Of a DNA stretch of 64,000 nucleotides, positions 41,697 through 61,165 are shown one piece after another. Position numbers and translations under genes: made by a program. This stretch comes from the human T2T-CHM13v2.0 reference genome, Homo sapiens, in the NCBI RefSeq assembly GCF_009914755.1, contig NC_060926.1. One strand, 5' to 3'. Position 1 is the first letter of the stretch, and the number at the start of each line of letters is the position of its first letter. The notes under the pieces were generated by a model that ran no database searches, had not been told where the DNA came from, and saw nothing but the letters and a program-made list of their open reading frames with translations.

Positions 41697-42452
41697 TGTT
41701 ACAGGTAGTTAGACAGGCATGCGTGGGGCAGGAGAGACTTCTTCCCCTACCCACCAGGAATGTTGGGCCATCATCAGGTAATGGTTCAACAGTTCTCGCA
41801 TTGCCTCTCTAAAAATGATCATTTGGCAGCCAGCACCAGGGAGAGACAATCTACTGATGGTCCACAGCTGTCACATTGAAGTGTTAATTGAATGCAGGCA
41901 CCAGTGAGAAGCAACTTCCCAAAGAGATAAAAACACTTGAGATTGATATTAAAATCTCAGGAACTGGGCAAATGAGCCCAGGCATGCACATTAAGAGACA
42001 AAATGGCAGAGTATGACCTTCTGAGGGGACTCCACCAGAAAAGAGAAGAAAGCCTCAGATGGGGATGCATACAGCTTCCTAAACACACTGCTCATGCTCA
42101 CTTCCAAGCGTAACAAGGGCACTGTGCATGCAGGCAGCCCACCTGAAGGGAAGAATCATGGGAAAAAGAGTGCAAGATACCAAAAGTGAACCATCCTATA
42201 AAGTCCTAGGATTAAGGTTAAATGCCACACTTGACCTTCACAGTGCCTGCTTGGGTCTCTTCTAAGTGTACCTTCCTTCCTTTCCTGATCTAAAGCTTTT
42301 TAATAAGCTTCCACTCCTGCTCTGAAACTCGGTCTCTTTTTCTGCCTTATGCTCCTCAGTCAAGTTGTTTCTTCTGAGGAGGCAAGAATTGAGGTGGCTG
42401 CAGATCTGTACAGATTCACTGCTGGTAACTTGGATGCCTTCTGCCCCTAACA
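41697..42452 (+). mobile_element. MER50-like ERV1 solo LTR
   Basis: TGTTACAGGTAGTTAGACAGGCATG...CTAACA; 4-bp TSD TAAA. Confidence 0.8.
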
Positions 42453-42743
42453 TAAAGAAGTGGAGATCTACTAATTACCTGAAAGAGAATTTAACATTCA
42501 AAATAACCGTCATAAAGATCCACAATGAGCTGAAATAGAACACAGAAAGACAATTAAATGAAATCAGGAAACTGATGCATGAAAAAATAAGAATATCAAC
42601 AAAGAGATAAAAACTATTATAACAACCAAACAAATTCTGGAGCTAAAAAATCAATAACCAAAGTTGAAAATTCACATACAGTTCAAAAAAGCAGACTTCA
42701 TTGGACAGAAAAATCAGTTTAATGCATATAAAGTAAGTGTGTG

Positions 42744-43225
42744 TGTAATGATGTCTTGACATCTTTAAAAACCTTCCTCTCTGGGGAAAGGCTGCTCCTC
42801 CTGGGTTCAGCCAATTCTTAGAAATAGCAAGGGCTCAGCCAGGAGAGTGGCTTTGATATACAAACTAATAAATCTAAAGCCCTAACTTTCCTTTCTAGCC
42901 CATATGCCCCAGGAGGTATGCTTTAATCATCCACAACCAGGTACCGAGCAACTAGGGACAAACCCATAGCTTAGATAACACCAAAATTACTCAAATAGTC
43001 AAACTTAAAATACTTATTCTGCCCTCCCTTTTGTTTCTCATGTAAACTCCAATAAAGACTCTAGCCAAACCTTCCCCTCATTCCCCTCATTCCTGTTTCC
43101 TGTCTCCTGCCTCCTGACCAAACAGATGACCTTGTGTGGCACACTGTGTCTCCTCTCCTAGCAGCTGTCAGTATAATAAGCCTTGTCTTCCTGAGTCTCT
43201 CCAGTCAGCTATACCTGACTGACCA
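42744..43225 (+). mobile_element. ERVL-type LTR (MER73/MER74-like)
   Basis: agccaattcttagaaatagcaa, caactagggaca, AATAAA. Confidence 0.5.
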
Positions 43226-44589
43226 TCAAAGACAGAACAATCAGTGAACTTGAAAATAAGTAATTTAAAATTATTGAAGAGAAGAAATTCACTGAAAATA
43301 AGTAATTTAAAATTATTGAATAGAAGAAAAAAAGAGGAAGAATAAAAGTGAAGACAGCCTGTGGGACTTACAGGACTCCATTAGGAGGAATAAATATGCA
43401 CTATGAAGTTTCAGAAAGAGACAACAGAAAGAGAAAGGGAGCGAATATGAAGAAATAATAGCTAAAAATGTTAAAAATCTGAGAAAAGAAGTATGCATAC
43501 AAATTCAAGAGACTAAATGAACTCCAACTAGGATAAACTGAAAGAGACCTACACTGAAACACATTACGATCACACTCTCAAAAGTTACAGAAAAGGAGAA
43601 TCTTTTCTTAAATTTTTTATTTTTCATTTTTGTGGGTGCATAGAAAGTATATATATTTATATATTTTTATATATATTTATGGGGTACATGAGATGTTTTG
43701 TTTCAGGCATGCAATGCATAATAATCACATCATGGAAAATAGGGTATCCATCCCCTCTAGCATTTATTCTTTGTGTTATACACAATCCAATTATACTATT
43801 TGGGCTATTTTTAAATGTCCAATTAAATTATTATTGACTATAGTCATCCTGTTTTGCTATCAAATAGTAGGTCTTATTCACTCTTTCTTTTCTTTTTTTT
43901 TTTTGGACCCATTAACCATCCCCTTCTTCCTCCTACCACCTACTAATCTTACCAGCCTCTGGTAACCCATCATTCTACTTTTTATCTTCATGAGTTCCAT
44001 TGTTTTGATTTTTAGATCCTACAAATAAGCAAGAAGATGTGATGTTTGTATTTCTATGCCTGGCTTACTTCACTTAATATAATGACCTCCAGTTCTATCC
44101 ATGTTGTTGCAAATGACAGGATCTCATTATTTTTGATGGCAGAATAGTAGTCTGTTGTGTACAAGAACCACACAGAAAAAAAGAATCTTGAAAGCAGCAA
44201 AAGAAAGCAATTCATCAGATACAAGGGAGCCTCTATCAGATTATCAGATTTCTCAGCAGAAACCTCACAGGCCAGAAGGAAGTAGAATAATATATTCAAA
44301 GAACTAAAAGAAAAAAAAAACTGCCAACCAAGAATACTATATCTAACAAACTCTCCTTTAAGAACTGGAGAAATTAAGACTTTCCCATAAAAACAAAAGC
44401 TGAGAGCCCATCACCATTAGACTTTCCCTAAAGGCAATATTAAAGGCAGTCCTTCAAGTTAAAATGAAACAATGCTATCCAGTAACATGGAACTATGCAA
44501 AAATATAAAGCTTCTAGTAAAAGTAAACATATAGGCAAATATGGAATCCTATAGTATTGTATGTTCATATGAAAATCACTTTTATCAAA

Positions 44590-49786
<5,197 letters not shown>

Positions 49787-50588
49787 TGATACAGACTGTA
49801 GGCAGGGAAATGCTAGGTAGAAAAGTGCAGGGTCCCTGGTGAGGGCTCCACCCTCAAGCCTGGAACTGCTTTCTAAAGTGAGAACATGCACTCCTGTTTT
49901 TCCACCCAAATGTTGCCTTTTCCAAACCCACCCTGGCCCACCCTGCCCCCCATTCTGTATCCATTAAAACCCCAGACTCTATTGGCAAAGGATCAGAGCA
50001 GTGTGGCAGAGAAGGAGAGAAGCAGCAGCTTGACATTGGTGAGAAGCAACTTGACTTCAGAGTTATGGCTCAACAGCGAAACCTCGGAGAAGAGTTCGGC
50101 CGGCCAGGGCTGGCCGAACTCCAGGGTAAGACCACCTTCCCAATCCATCCCCTTGCTACCTCCCCATCCCACTGAAAGCCACTTTCATCAGCAGTGAAAT
50201 CCTCCACATTTGTTATCTTCAATTTGTTCGTGCAACCTGATTCCTCCTGGTCACTAGACAAAGACCCAGGTATGGGTTCAAGAAGCTGTCACACTGACCC
50301 TCCACTGAGTTATCTAATAGTTAAGCCATTCATGGATGGCAAAGCTAAAACAGCACACTGTAACACATGCCCTCTGAGGCCCCAGGGGTCACAGGCTACC
50401 CCTAGACACTGCTATGGGCCCATATGGAGTTCTGTTCCTGCTGGCTACCCAGAAGTGTTCATCCTGGTCTCTGCACTCACTCACCTGCATGCCTTCCCTC
50501 CCATGAGGGGTTGAAAGCTGTGGGCTGAGCAAACAAGTCACTCGCTTCACAAGTCCCGTGAAGGGGTCAAGGGAACTATCTCCTTTCA
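49787..50588 (+). mobile_element. LTR1/LTR28-type 5' LTR of a HUERS-P provirus
   Basis: TGATACAG...TTTCA, followed by tRNA-Pro PBS TGGGGGCTCATCCAGGAT (50591-50608). Confidence 0.8.
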
Positions 50589-52430
50589 TCTGGGGGCTCA
50601 TCCAGGATCCATCAGAAGGATGAGTACAAATGTGGAACTATCAGCTCTGTCTCTTTTCCAAGACACTGCCACCTCTCTGTTTCTTTCAGGGGAAAGGAAT
50701 GTTGGCTTGATTTCCCTTCATGAAGGTTTAGCCATTGAGTGGGACCAGAAAAAGGTCCTGGGGCAACTGGAAGCATCAGCCAAGACCCCTAGATTTTCCT
50801 ATAGTATCTTTCCTTCCTTCTTTCACAGTTTGAAATGGCTCCTGTCTCTTCTTTTATAATGTTAAGGGTTTTGCTACAAACTAGAGATATTAAGTAGAAT
50901 GAGCTTTTGGCCCAGCCATCAGACATGCAATTCAGAACAATGTGATTTCCATTTGTTCTTAGAGGTGTCATCCCCACCCCCACCCCAAAAGCTGCAGGTA
51001 TGCATGGTGTATGGTGGCTCCCCTCCTTACCCCCTCCCCTTCCAGCTTGGGCACCTGGGCATATCCACCACATGCATGTGCCATGCCCAGTGGCCAAGCA
51101 GAGCAGGAGTAAGCTGCACATGCCACCCAGACCCCAGGGCAATCTCAGAGGTCAGGGACCCTGTGAGCCCAGCTGCTGAGGAGCTCAACTCAGTCTGAAC
51201 AAGGGAAGGTATACAGTGATTGAAGGAGCCCATTTGTACAGAGAAAGAGGTTCTTCCCCCAGGACAGACCCCCGCCTTTTTTTTTTTTTTTTTTTGCACT
51301 TTAAGCTATTTTTTTTCTAAGTGAGAATGTTCTTTTCCTACCTCAGAACTCTGCTTATGATAGGGAAACAACAGAGGAGTGACCCCTGGTGTCTGATGAC
51401 TGCAAATTTGGCAGGGCCCATATGGGGGTTAATCTAAATGGACCCATGCACCCCCCTGAAATACCTTTTTTGTCCCAAACTCAATTCCAAGCTTTAGGTT
51501 GAAGCCTTAGCATGGAAAACCAGATCTGAGGGATCCAAAGCCAGGCAACAGGCACAATGTAAATGGGCAGGACTAATTCCTGCCAATTAAACTCCTGCTC
51601 CATGGAAGGAGGCCATGCTCCATGGCATAGATGAGGCCTAGGGAATTAAAGGTTGTCAAAAGTAGGGGGGATAGGTTAGTGCAGATAATTCCTATTCTCT
51701 AGGCTCTCCCTACTTCATGGGTGCAAGCCACATTGGCACCCATGGGTGAGCACCTGTCAAGGTCACCAGGAGTCAGGGATGAAAACATGGAAGAGAAAGT
51801 GAGGAACACCTGCTTTCTCTCTCCCTCACACCCTGAGTTATTGCTGAGAGAAGGAAGGAAAATGAGGGACATCTGTTTCCTTTCAGAATGGGCAACCAGC
51901 TATCCTCACCATCCCCAGTTTATACTCCTCTGGGGTGTATCCCGAATCTCTGGGACTGTTTGACCTTCAGACTCTGGAAGAAAATGCCTCATAGCCCTCT
52001 GCACAAAGGTTTGGCCAAATTATGACTTACAGGAAGGGCTGGCTTGGCCTCAGGAAGGAACCATTCATTTCAATACCATCCTCCCGTTGAACCTTTTCTG
52101 TAACTGTGAGGACAAATGATCGCAGGCCTCCTATTTGCAGGATTTCTACACCTTTCAGGGCAATAATCCAGACCTTTGCCAACAGTGTTAGGATTGATCC
52201 AGCCCTCCTGTTTGCCATCTTAGGTGAGGCTACAAGGTGCAATCCCAGGGAACTAAAGAAATGAATCCCAGAGGCACCTTCAGCAGGGGAGCCAGCTCCC
52301 TCCAGCCCTGCTTCTCCGGGTCCACCCCATCCTCAGTATCCAGCTTCTCTCTCTTGCTTGCCCCCTCCTAGAAATTCTCACCATAGACAAGCCCCAGTCT
52401 CACAGTTGTCCCTCCAAGATGCCAGAGAAA
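50589..52430 (+). mobile_element. HUERS-P-type leader and disrupted 5' gag
   Basis: atgggcaaccagctatcc...actcctctggggtgtatc...tggcctcaggaaggaacc, gammaretroviral MA-like. Confidence 0.65.
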
Positions 52431-55400
52431 TTGGAACTCCCTTTCAAACTGAAAGACACCTTTTTGTAGATGGTTCTTCTCAAGTGATAAAAGAGAAAAG
52501 GCCTAACAGGTACTCAGTGGTAGATGGAGACACCCTCACAAAAATAGAATCAGGAAGATTACCTAATGACTGCTCTGCACAAACACATGAGTTGTTTGCA
52601 CTAAATCAAGCCTTAAAATCTCTGCAAAACCAGAAAGGAGCTATTCATACTGACTCCAGGTATGCCTTTGGAGTCATCCACACCTTTGAAAATTTGGGCA
52701 GAGCGAGGTCTCATTAACAGTAAAGGCCAAAACTTAGTCCATAGAGACTTAATAATCTAAGTACTAGAGAACTTACAGCTGCCAGAAGAGATAGCAGTTG
52801 TTCATGTTCCAGGTCACTAGAAGAATCTTTCCTTCGAGAGCTGAGGGAATAACATAGCTAACCAGTAGCCAAACAAGCTGCCTCTTCTCAAGCAGCACCC
52901 ATTTTCCACCTAACCCCTTATCTTCCCGCTCCAGCTGTAGTCCCTATCTTCTCCCCCAGAAAGCAAGAAAAGCTAGAAGAAATAGGAGCCAAAGAAAGCC
53001 ATGAGGGAAAATGGGTACTACCAGACAAGAGAGAAATGCTGTCTAAGCCCCTCATGTGAGAGATATTGTCACAGCTACATCAAGGAACTCACTGGGGCCC
53101 CCAAGCTATGTGTGATGCAGTCCTTAGAGTTTATGGATGCATAGGAATTTATACCTTTGCTAGACAAGTTGCAGATAGTTGTATATAGTGTGCAGAAAAA
53201 ACAATAAACAAACCCTAACAGAAAATGGGAATACCACACACCATGGCATTCACCCTCATCAGGGAAAGTAGCAAAGCCTATTTCCCTGTTGAGAGTCCGA
53301 ACTGCTCCCTGAAAAGATATAGGCCTATCCCCTTATGAGATGCTCTATGGATTGCCTTATCTACATTCTACTACTGGTCTTCCTACATTTGAAACAAAAG
53401 ATCAGTTTCTCAGAAATTATATACTTGGTTTATCTTCCACTTTCTCTTCCCTCATAACTAAAGGTTTTTTAGCACAGGCACCACTCCTACAGTTTCCAGT
53501 ACACCAACATCAACCTGGGGACCATATCCTCATCAAAAGTTGGAGAGAAGGAAAACTCGAACCAGCTTGGGAAGGGCCCTACCTAGTGTTTCTAACCACC
53601 AAGGCCACAGTTCGAACAGCAGAAAGAGGATGGACTCATCACACCCGGGTCAAAAGAGCACCACCCCATCCAGAATCATAGACAGCTATCCCAGCGCCAA
53701 CTCCAACCAAGGTAAAGCTAAAACTGGTTTGATCCTCTTATGTTGCAACCCTTTCTTTTCCCCTTCTATTGTTAGTCCTCTCGTTATTAATGTAACTAGG
53801 TCGAGTTCACCCCGAACTATTACTTTTGATGCTTGCTTTGTGATGCCCTGCGGAGATTTGCCAAGCCAGAGGAAACTCTCCACTTCAGAAAAGTATCTTT
53901 GTCCTTCCTAGCTCTCCTCAGACTGGAAATCTGTTAGCTAGGATAAGTTAGTTTGGGAAGAGTTTGACAAAGATTCCAGTATGAACTGGGAATCTTGTCC
54001 TCCTAGAGCAGAGCTTCTCTGCTGAAGTTGGTCCAATGCTCTATGAAATACTAAAGAGCAAGGATGGACTGCCCCAACTAGTACTTGCAGTTTCTTGAAA
54101 CCTTATATTCATTTTACTAAAGGAGTTACCCCTTCCAATTGTCAGCTGAACCAATGTAATCTAGTACAGATTACCATTGCTGCTCCCCAGAGTTCTTCCC
54201 CTCCATTAAGCTGTTTCTGTGGTATAGGAGTAGAAGTCTCAGGGAAGCACTCCATAGGATCCTTTGAAATGTGCTTCATGCTTCCCCACCTCCTGCACCC
54301 CCTTCTCCCTCTCCTAAGTTCTCCACTAACCAAACCTTCTCTTGTTATATACCCAATAATAAAACCAAAGTAGCTGTTGTAGAGGTTAAAGATTTAAAAC
54401 AAACTATAGCGACTGAAACAGGGTATCAGGATGCAAATGCTTGGCTGGAATGGGTTAAATATTCTGTTCGCAAGCTAAACAAAAGCGACTGTTACACTTG
54501 TGCAACAGTTAGGCGAGAGACCCAAATTGTCCCCTTTCCACTTGGGTGGTCCTCTCACAGACGCGGCATGAGCTGTGTGGTAGCTCTCTTCCAGAACCCC
54601 ACAGCCTGGGGCAATGAGTCATGCAAGAGTCTTTCACTGCTTTTCCTTGAGGTCAAGAGCCCTGCAGTCAGCCTCTGAGGGCCATCTGGCCTCCAGCCCC
54701 TGATGTTAACTTCACCTCATGCCTTTCACGGCAGGGGGACAAGTTAGCATTTCCTGGAGACTTAACAGGGTTCAGTAAAACCAGACCTTTTCAAGAGCTT
54801 ACCAATCAGTCTGCCCTTGTTCATCCCTGAGCAGATGTGTGGTGGTATTGTGGGGGACTATTGCCGGGTACTCTGCCAAGTAATTGGAGCAGCATTTGCG
54901 CTCTAGTCCAACTGGCCATCCCTTTCACCCTAGCAGTCCGTCAACGTGACAGAAAAGAAAATAGTAAAAGAAGAAGTGCCCCACATAGGTCCTTTGACCC
55001 CCAAGTTTATGTAGACACTATTGGAGTTCCACAAGGAGTACCAGATGAATTTAAAGCCCAAAATCAAATAGCTGCAGGATTTGAATCTCCACTGTATTGG
55101 TGGTCAACTATAAACAAAAATGTAGAATTAGATAAATTACAATTATTATAATCAACAAAGGTTTGTTAATTACACAAAAGATGCCATTAAAGGAACACCT
55201 GAATGATTAGGCCCCACCAGTCAGATGATTTAGGAAAATAGCATAGCTCTTGATATGATGCCAGCAGAGAAAGGCAGGGTTTGTGTCATGATTGGAGTCC
55301 AATGTTGTACTTTTATTCCTAATAATACCACCCCCGATGGAACAATAACAAAAGCCTTACAAGGCCTTACCTCCTTGTCAAATGAGTTAGCTAAAAATTC

Positions 55401-55740
55401 TGGAATAAATGACCCCTTTACAAGCCTCATGGAAAAATCATTTGGGAAATGGAAAGGAATTATGACCTCAATATTCACCTCCCTTGTAATCATTATAGGT
55501 GTGCTCAGTCTTGTAGGATGCTGTATCATACCCTGTACTCATGGTTTAGTGCAAAGACTTACAGAAACAGCTCTCAGCAAAACCTCCCATAGCTCTCCTC
55601 CACCTTATTCAGATAAACTCTTCCTTTTAGATGCCTAAGAACAACAACAGAGCTGAGATATGCTGAGGTGTTTTGAAGAGGAAAAGCTATAAAATCAGGT
55701 GTTTTGAAGAGGAAAAGCTATAAAATCAAGAGGGGGAAAT
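52430..55740 (+). mobile_element. HERV-I (HERVIP10-like) defective pol (RNase H, integrase) and env
   Basis: LFVDGSS, SAQTHEL, HTDSRYAFG; LEPAWEGPY; env furin site SKRR, ENSIALD, CVMIGVQCC, TM helix; PPT AAGAGGGGGAAAT; many stops. Confidence 0.85.
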
Positions 55741-56186
55741 TGACAGAGATAATAAATTCCTCTTCAAAAGGTTTTAATTCCCTGTTCTTCCGGTTCTTTG
55801 TTTCTCTAGTTTCTATAGTTACCCATGCTGTAAACAACCCTTCCTGCCCTTCCTGCACCTTGACATGCCCTGAGAAGCCTAGACATGCCTTGCACCGTAA
55901 TGGATAGTCTTCCCCTTCCCACCTAGATAGCTGTGTTCAATTTCAAACATTAGCCAATCAGGTCAGTTTAGATTGTGTGGTCCAATCCTAGCCAACAGGG
56001 GAAAGACACAGCAGTAGGGACCAGATGCATTAAAAATAAGGATCCCTTCCTCTCCCTTGTCTGGTGTGCTCTCGCCATTGCCCCAACTGTGAGATGCACC
56101 CTTCTATAGAAGTAAATTGCCTTGCTGAGAAAACTTTTGCCTGAGTGCTATTTTCACTTGGTGGCACCGAGCATTTACTTCTAACA
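55741..56186 (+). mobile_element. LTR10-family 3' LTR
   Basis: Follows the PPT; TG...CA; CCAAT boxes, AGTAAA; 3' end resembles the 15511-16065 LTR. Confidence 0.85.
55861..55890. promoter_or_regulatory. p53 response-element-like cluster
   Basis: TGACATGCCC / TGAGAAGCCT / AGACATGCCT; the third decamer is a perfect RRRCWWGYYY. Confidence 0.55.
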
Positions 56187-57429
56187 AAGAGGTTGCCAGT
56201 ATATGACAAAAGTAGAGTTAGTAAACTAATATGCTTTGTACATTTTGTTTTACAAGTCCTAAGAAAGATTGTCTTCTGAAAATCTGAGCATTCTTGCCCA
56301 TTGGATGGATGGAGATGGGAAGGGTTCTAGGCCAGAATGTTCACATTTGGAAGACTCTTTCAAATTATAACTGCTGTTACATGTTTGCAGTTTATTCAAG
56401 ACTGCTGTGTACACAGTGGACAAATTAACCCCTTACTTGAAACACCTAGATGTTTAGAAGTGCCCAATGTATGTTAAATGTAGAGGTAGTAAAATACCAC
56501 TTTGTAAATATTTTTTTGCTAAAATTCATAGGAAATACTGCCTTTTGGGAATTGAATTGTGAAGCCACCTTTGTAAGCAGTATAGTACTGTCTATACTTG
56601 TTCTTGTTCAATGGTTTAGAGGAGGTGGAGGGGAAGAAATTGCAAAAGGTAATAGGCTAGTGTGTTTGTACTTGGACATTTTCGACACCATTTTTCTGTA
56701 CGTTTTGTGCATTTTGTTTTGTTCTGTATATAGTGTATATAATGGACAAATGAGTCCAAATTTTCAATATCTAGTCTCTAGATGTTAAAGAGGTTGCCAG
56801 TGTATATGACAAAGCATTTAGTAAAATTAGCATATTTTGTAAGCCTTGTGCTGAAATTCATAGGAAAACTTGTCTTCTGTAAATGACTTTTGCATAGGAA
56901 TTTGTTCAACCATCTCTAAGCATTACACGTGCCTGTACTTGTCCACTGGATTGAAGGAAGAGAGGAGGGAATGATTCAAGGGCAAAATGGCAACATTTGG
57001 AAGATAACTCAGATGATAACCATTGTTATGTGTCTGCAATTTTATTTAATGATGCTGTGTACATGGTGGACAAGTTATATGAAATATCTAGCCTTTCTAG
57101 ATATTTGGAAGTGCTTATTGTATTTAAAAGTAGTAGTAGAATAACACTTTTTGTAAATAGCTTTTAAAAACTGATGGGAAATGCTATTTGGAAGTGGAAT
57201 TGTTTAACCACTTGCGAGGTGGGAGGGAAGAAACTGCAAAAGTCATTTTGCCATTGTTTATTAGAAAATTTCAGCTTAATCCGTTGCCTATATGGTACAT
57301 GCATTTCATTTAACTTTGCTATACTGTATATATTGTATATATACTGGACAAATGAGGCCCGATTTTATAATATCTAGTCTAGATATTAAAGAGGTTGCCA
57401 ATGCAAAAAAAAAAAAAAAAAAAAAAAAA
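56187..57429 (+). pseudogene. Processed retrocopy fragment of lncRNA NORAD (LINC00657)-like sequence with poly(A) tail
   Basis: Motif AAGAGGTTGCCA recurs at 56187, 56788, 57389; six perfect TGTANATA elements; A25 at 57405-57429 after ATTAAA. NORAD identity is from recalled sequence, not a search. Confidence 0.8.
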
Positions 57430-58379
57430 CCTAGAGTAGAGAGTGTGTTCAAAGAAGAATCAAAGATCTTGAAAAGAGAGAGGTATTCTTGAAAGTGTTT
57501 GCCATCTATTGTCCTAGGACCCCAGGTTGACAGGTATAAATATTGAAGGAAAAAAACTAGAAAACAGAAATAGTGTCTCAATGCAATACTCTCAACTTTT
57601 ATTATGTTTAATATGCTTGTTCTTGAAATCAATATAATAAAGATGGAGAAAATTTGTCCTTCATATTCTGCTTCTCAGAATCTTTGTGAAATGGAGTGAG
57701 ATTCCTTAAAATAAGAAATGTTAGCATTGAGGCTTCTACAACAAAAGTTGCATAAAGGAACCAAATAATGAGAAAGTTAAATGCAAGGCACCTTTCCCTT
57801 CCTCTTTTCTCAAGCCACCCTCCATCCCAGAGAGTCGTGGTCTCACAGACATAGCGTTGGAGGCCTATGGGTCCCTCTGCTAGAAACTGGGACAGGCACG
57901 TCTCCTAAATCATTCCTAGGCAGTAGGCTCTCCCAAGCCCTTGTCCTGACAAGTCTGCGTAAGACCTTTAAAAGCAAGCTCTGATTGCAGAGTGTGTCAA
58001 AAATAACCCCATTTCAAAGACTGGATGCCTTACTTATCACTAGGGTGGGTGTCATGCTGTGGATGCTTTCTACCTCATGAAAAAATACATTAATTATCTG
58101 GCTTTTAGAATGTTCTTACTTGGATAAGAAATCTCCATATTACACATTTACCATCATTGTCTAGTGAGCACAAAATTTCTAGACACATTTCCTTGGTCCC
58201 CAGACATTCTGGCTTATGCAATATGAATCAACGGTCGGCTGGTGTCCCACTACAACTGTCCCAGGTTATTCTCACATCTAAGTGGAAAAAAATTAATTAT
58301 TCCAATCAGTAAAAGACTCAAACAAGACAAAATGAGTATCAGACATGAAGAATACTTAGTAGTCTGAGCATTTTTATAT

Positions 58380-59311
<932 letters not shown>

Positions 59312-61165
59312 TAGGTGAATATTTTTATCCTCTTATTTCATGACTGGTCAGTGGTTTAGAGCTGTCATTAGTTAAGTTCAATAGTCTTTGAAATTTTGTC
59401 CTTTGAGACGGAATTCTTGTTTCTTCTTTTGACTCATACGGGACTCAAAGCTTTCTGGTCTCCCCCATTTTTCTCACTTCATTCTTCACACTAAAATGCT
59501 CCCACCACTTCCCTCTCCCCTTTATAGATCTTAACAGCTCTCCACATTAAAATGCCTCCTGTTCTTTTTGCAGTAGTGAATTTCATAGATAATAAACCTA
59601 AGATACACAAAAAGGTAACTTTTTAAATTTTCCTATAACTAAGCTTAATTTCTGACAATCAGCCTACATGTTTTCCAAACCAGAAAATAAAACAAAATTA
59701 GTGTCCTGGTAAATGTGGTTAAATTAGTTATTACTAAGTTATTTCAGAAGTTGTTAGCCAAATTTAGAGTTCTGCTTTTCCCTCTCCTTCTTCCACGGAA
59801 AAAAAAATTTATGTTTGGAGGTAGAGGGTAGTTATTGGCATTACTGACAAACAACACTGAATTTACTAAAGTGGAGGCCATTTTTAACCTTGACAAGACC
59901 TATTTTGGTAGATTGATCACAAAAGTTCTGCCTGCAGAGACTGCAAGAGAGACAAGGAAATTATCTGGAGATGGTAAATATAGTCAACTATTTTAGGAGT
60001 TTACTATTACAGAGGGAAAAAATGGGCAGTATCTGAGGTAGAATGTGGCAGCAAAGTATAAAATGTGAGACATTATAGAAAAGAAAGGAAAACTGATGAT
60101 GAGTGTGGGGTGGGAACAGACAGAACCCAGGAGTTCAAACAGTTCATCCCTAGTAACAGGAGGAAGGCAGGATATGCAGACACAGATGCAGATGGTCTGG
60201 CACAGGTAGCACCATTGTTAGGGTCAGAGTGCTGGAAGGAGTGCGTGGGAAAGATGGAAGATGGTGGTTAGTTGGTGAGATGCCTGTAATTGTGATTATG
60301 AAAAGTACCCGATTATTGGTAAAGACAAGTCCTAAGGCATGATCACTAAAGCAATCAACTGGGGGAGAGTGAAACACAGGAGCACTGAAGAAAAGAAGAG
60401 GTAGTCCGTGTGGTTATTAAAATCACCAAAAATTGAAAGGAGTGGCAACGAAGACTGAGGACCTAAACATGTCAAGATGTGAGGTGAAACATAAGTGACC
60501 CAGAAGCTGACAAGTGACCACAACAAGGAGGAGCAATCAATGAGTTAGTTTACCACCATACCACCACGGGTTTCCAGGGTCTGAATACATTCCACCCCTT
60601 GTGAACTGCCTTCTCTCTCTGAGTATGGCATCTCAAACACAGGCCCCCTTCTCTGAAATGGATACATTTGCAATGATGAGGTCTCCAGTCAGGCAGCCCA
60701 CTTCAATTGTCTTCATTGCTATTCCCTCTTTGACATCTGAAGCAGGCCTAGGTTCTGTTGAGGCACACAGCCTCTACTCAGTCTTTCTCTCAGGAAGCCA
60801 GCTTGCCTTGCCTTCCTTGGAGTCCCTAGCTCTTGAGGCATGCAATTAAGTTAGGTAATGCACATAAATTACTTAACACAGAGCAAGCGATTTAGTCATC
60901 TCTCAGTGTTTGTTATTTTTAGTCTCCCATCTAGAAATTATCCTTCTTGAAAGATTCTTAGCATAGTGGTCAAATGAGGTCTGCAATCAGATTGCTCAGG
61001 TTCCAGACCCCACTCCAGTTTTCTCACTGTGTGAAATGTCAGCAATTTATTTAACTGCACCTCAGTTTCCTCCTCTGTAACTGGAGCTACTAATAGTAAC
61101 TACTTCTCTTTTGCTTTAAGAATTATGTGAGTTAATGCATGTGAAGCACTTAGAAATGTGCTTGG

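Larger units (their letters stand above)
41500..44580 (+). mobile_element. Old L1 5'/ORF1 region with nested insertions (including an antisense L1 3' end ~43605-44165)
   Basis: A-rich ORF1-like DNA (gatttctcagcagaaacctcacaggccagaag, ctgccaaccaagaatactatatc). Confidence 0.7.

Noticed and set aside
43251-43320. 28-bp direct repeat in the L1 (also an 11-bp repeat at ~539-563)
   Set aside because: Ordinary slippage duplications with no functional cue
53686-55690. HERV-I env as a possible domesticated syncytin-like gene
   Set aside because: Broken by many stops and frameshifts; longest pieces about 135 aa
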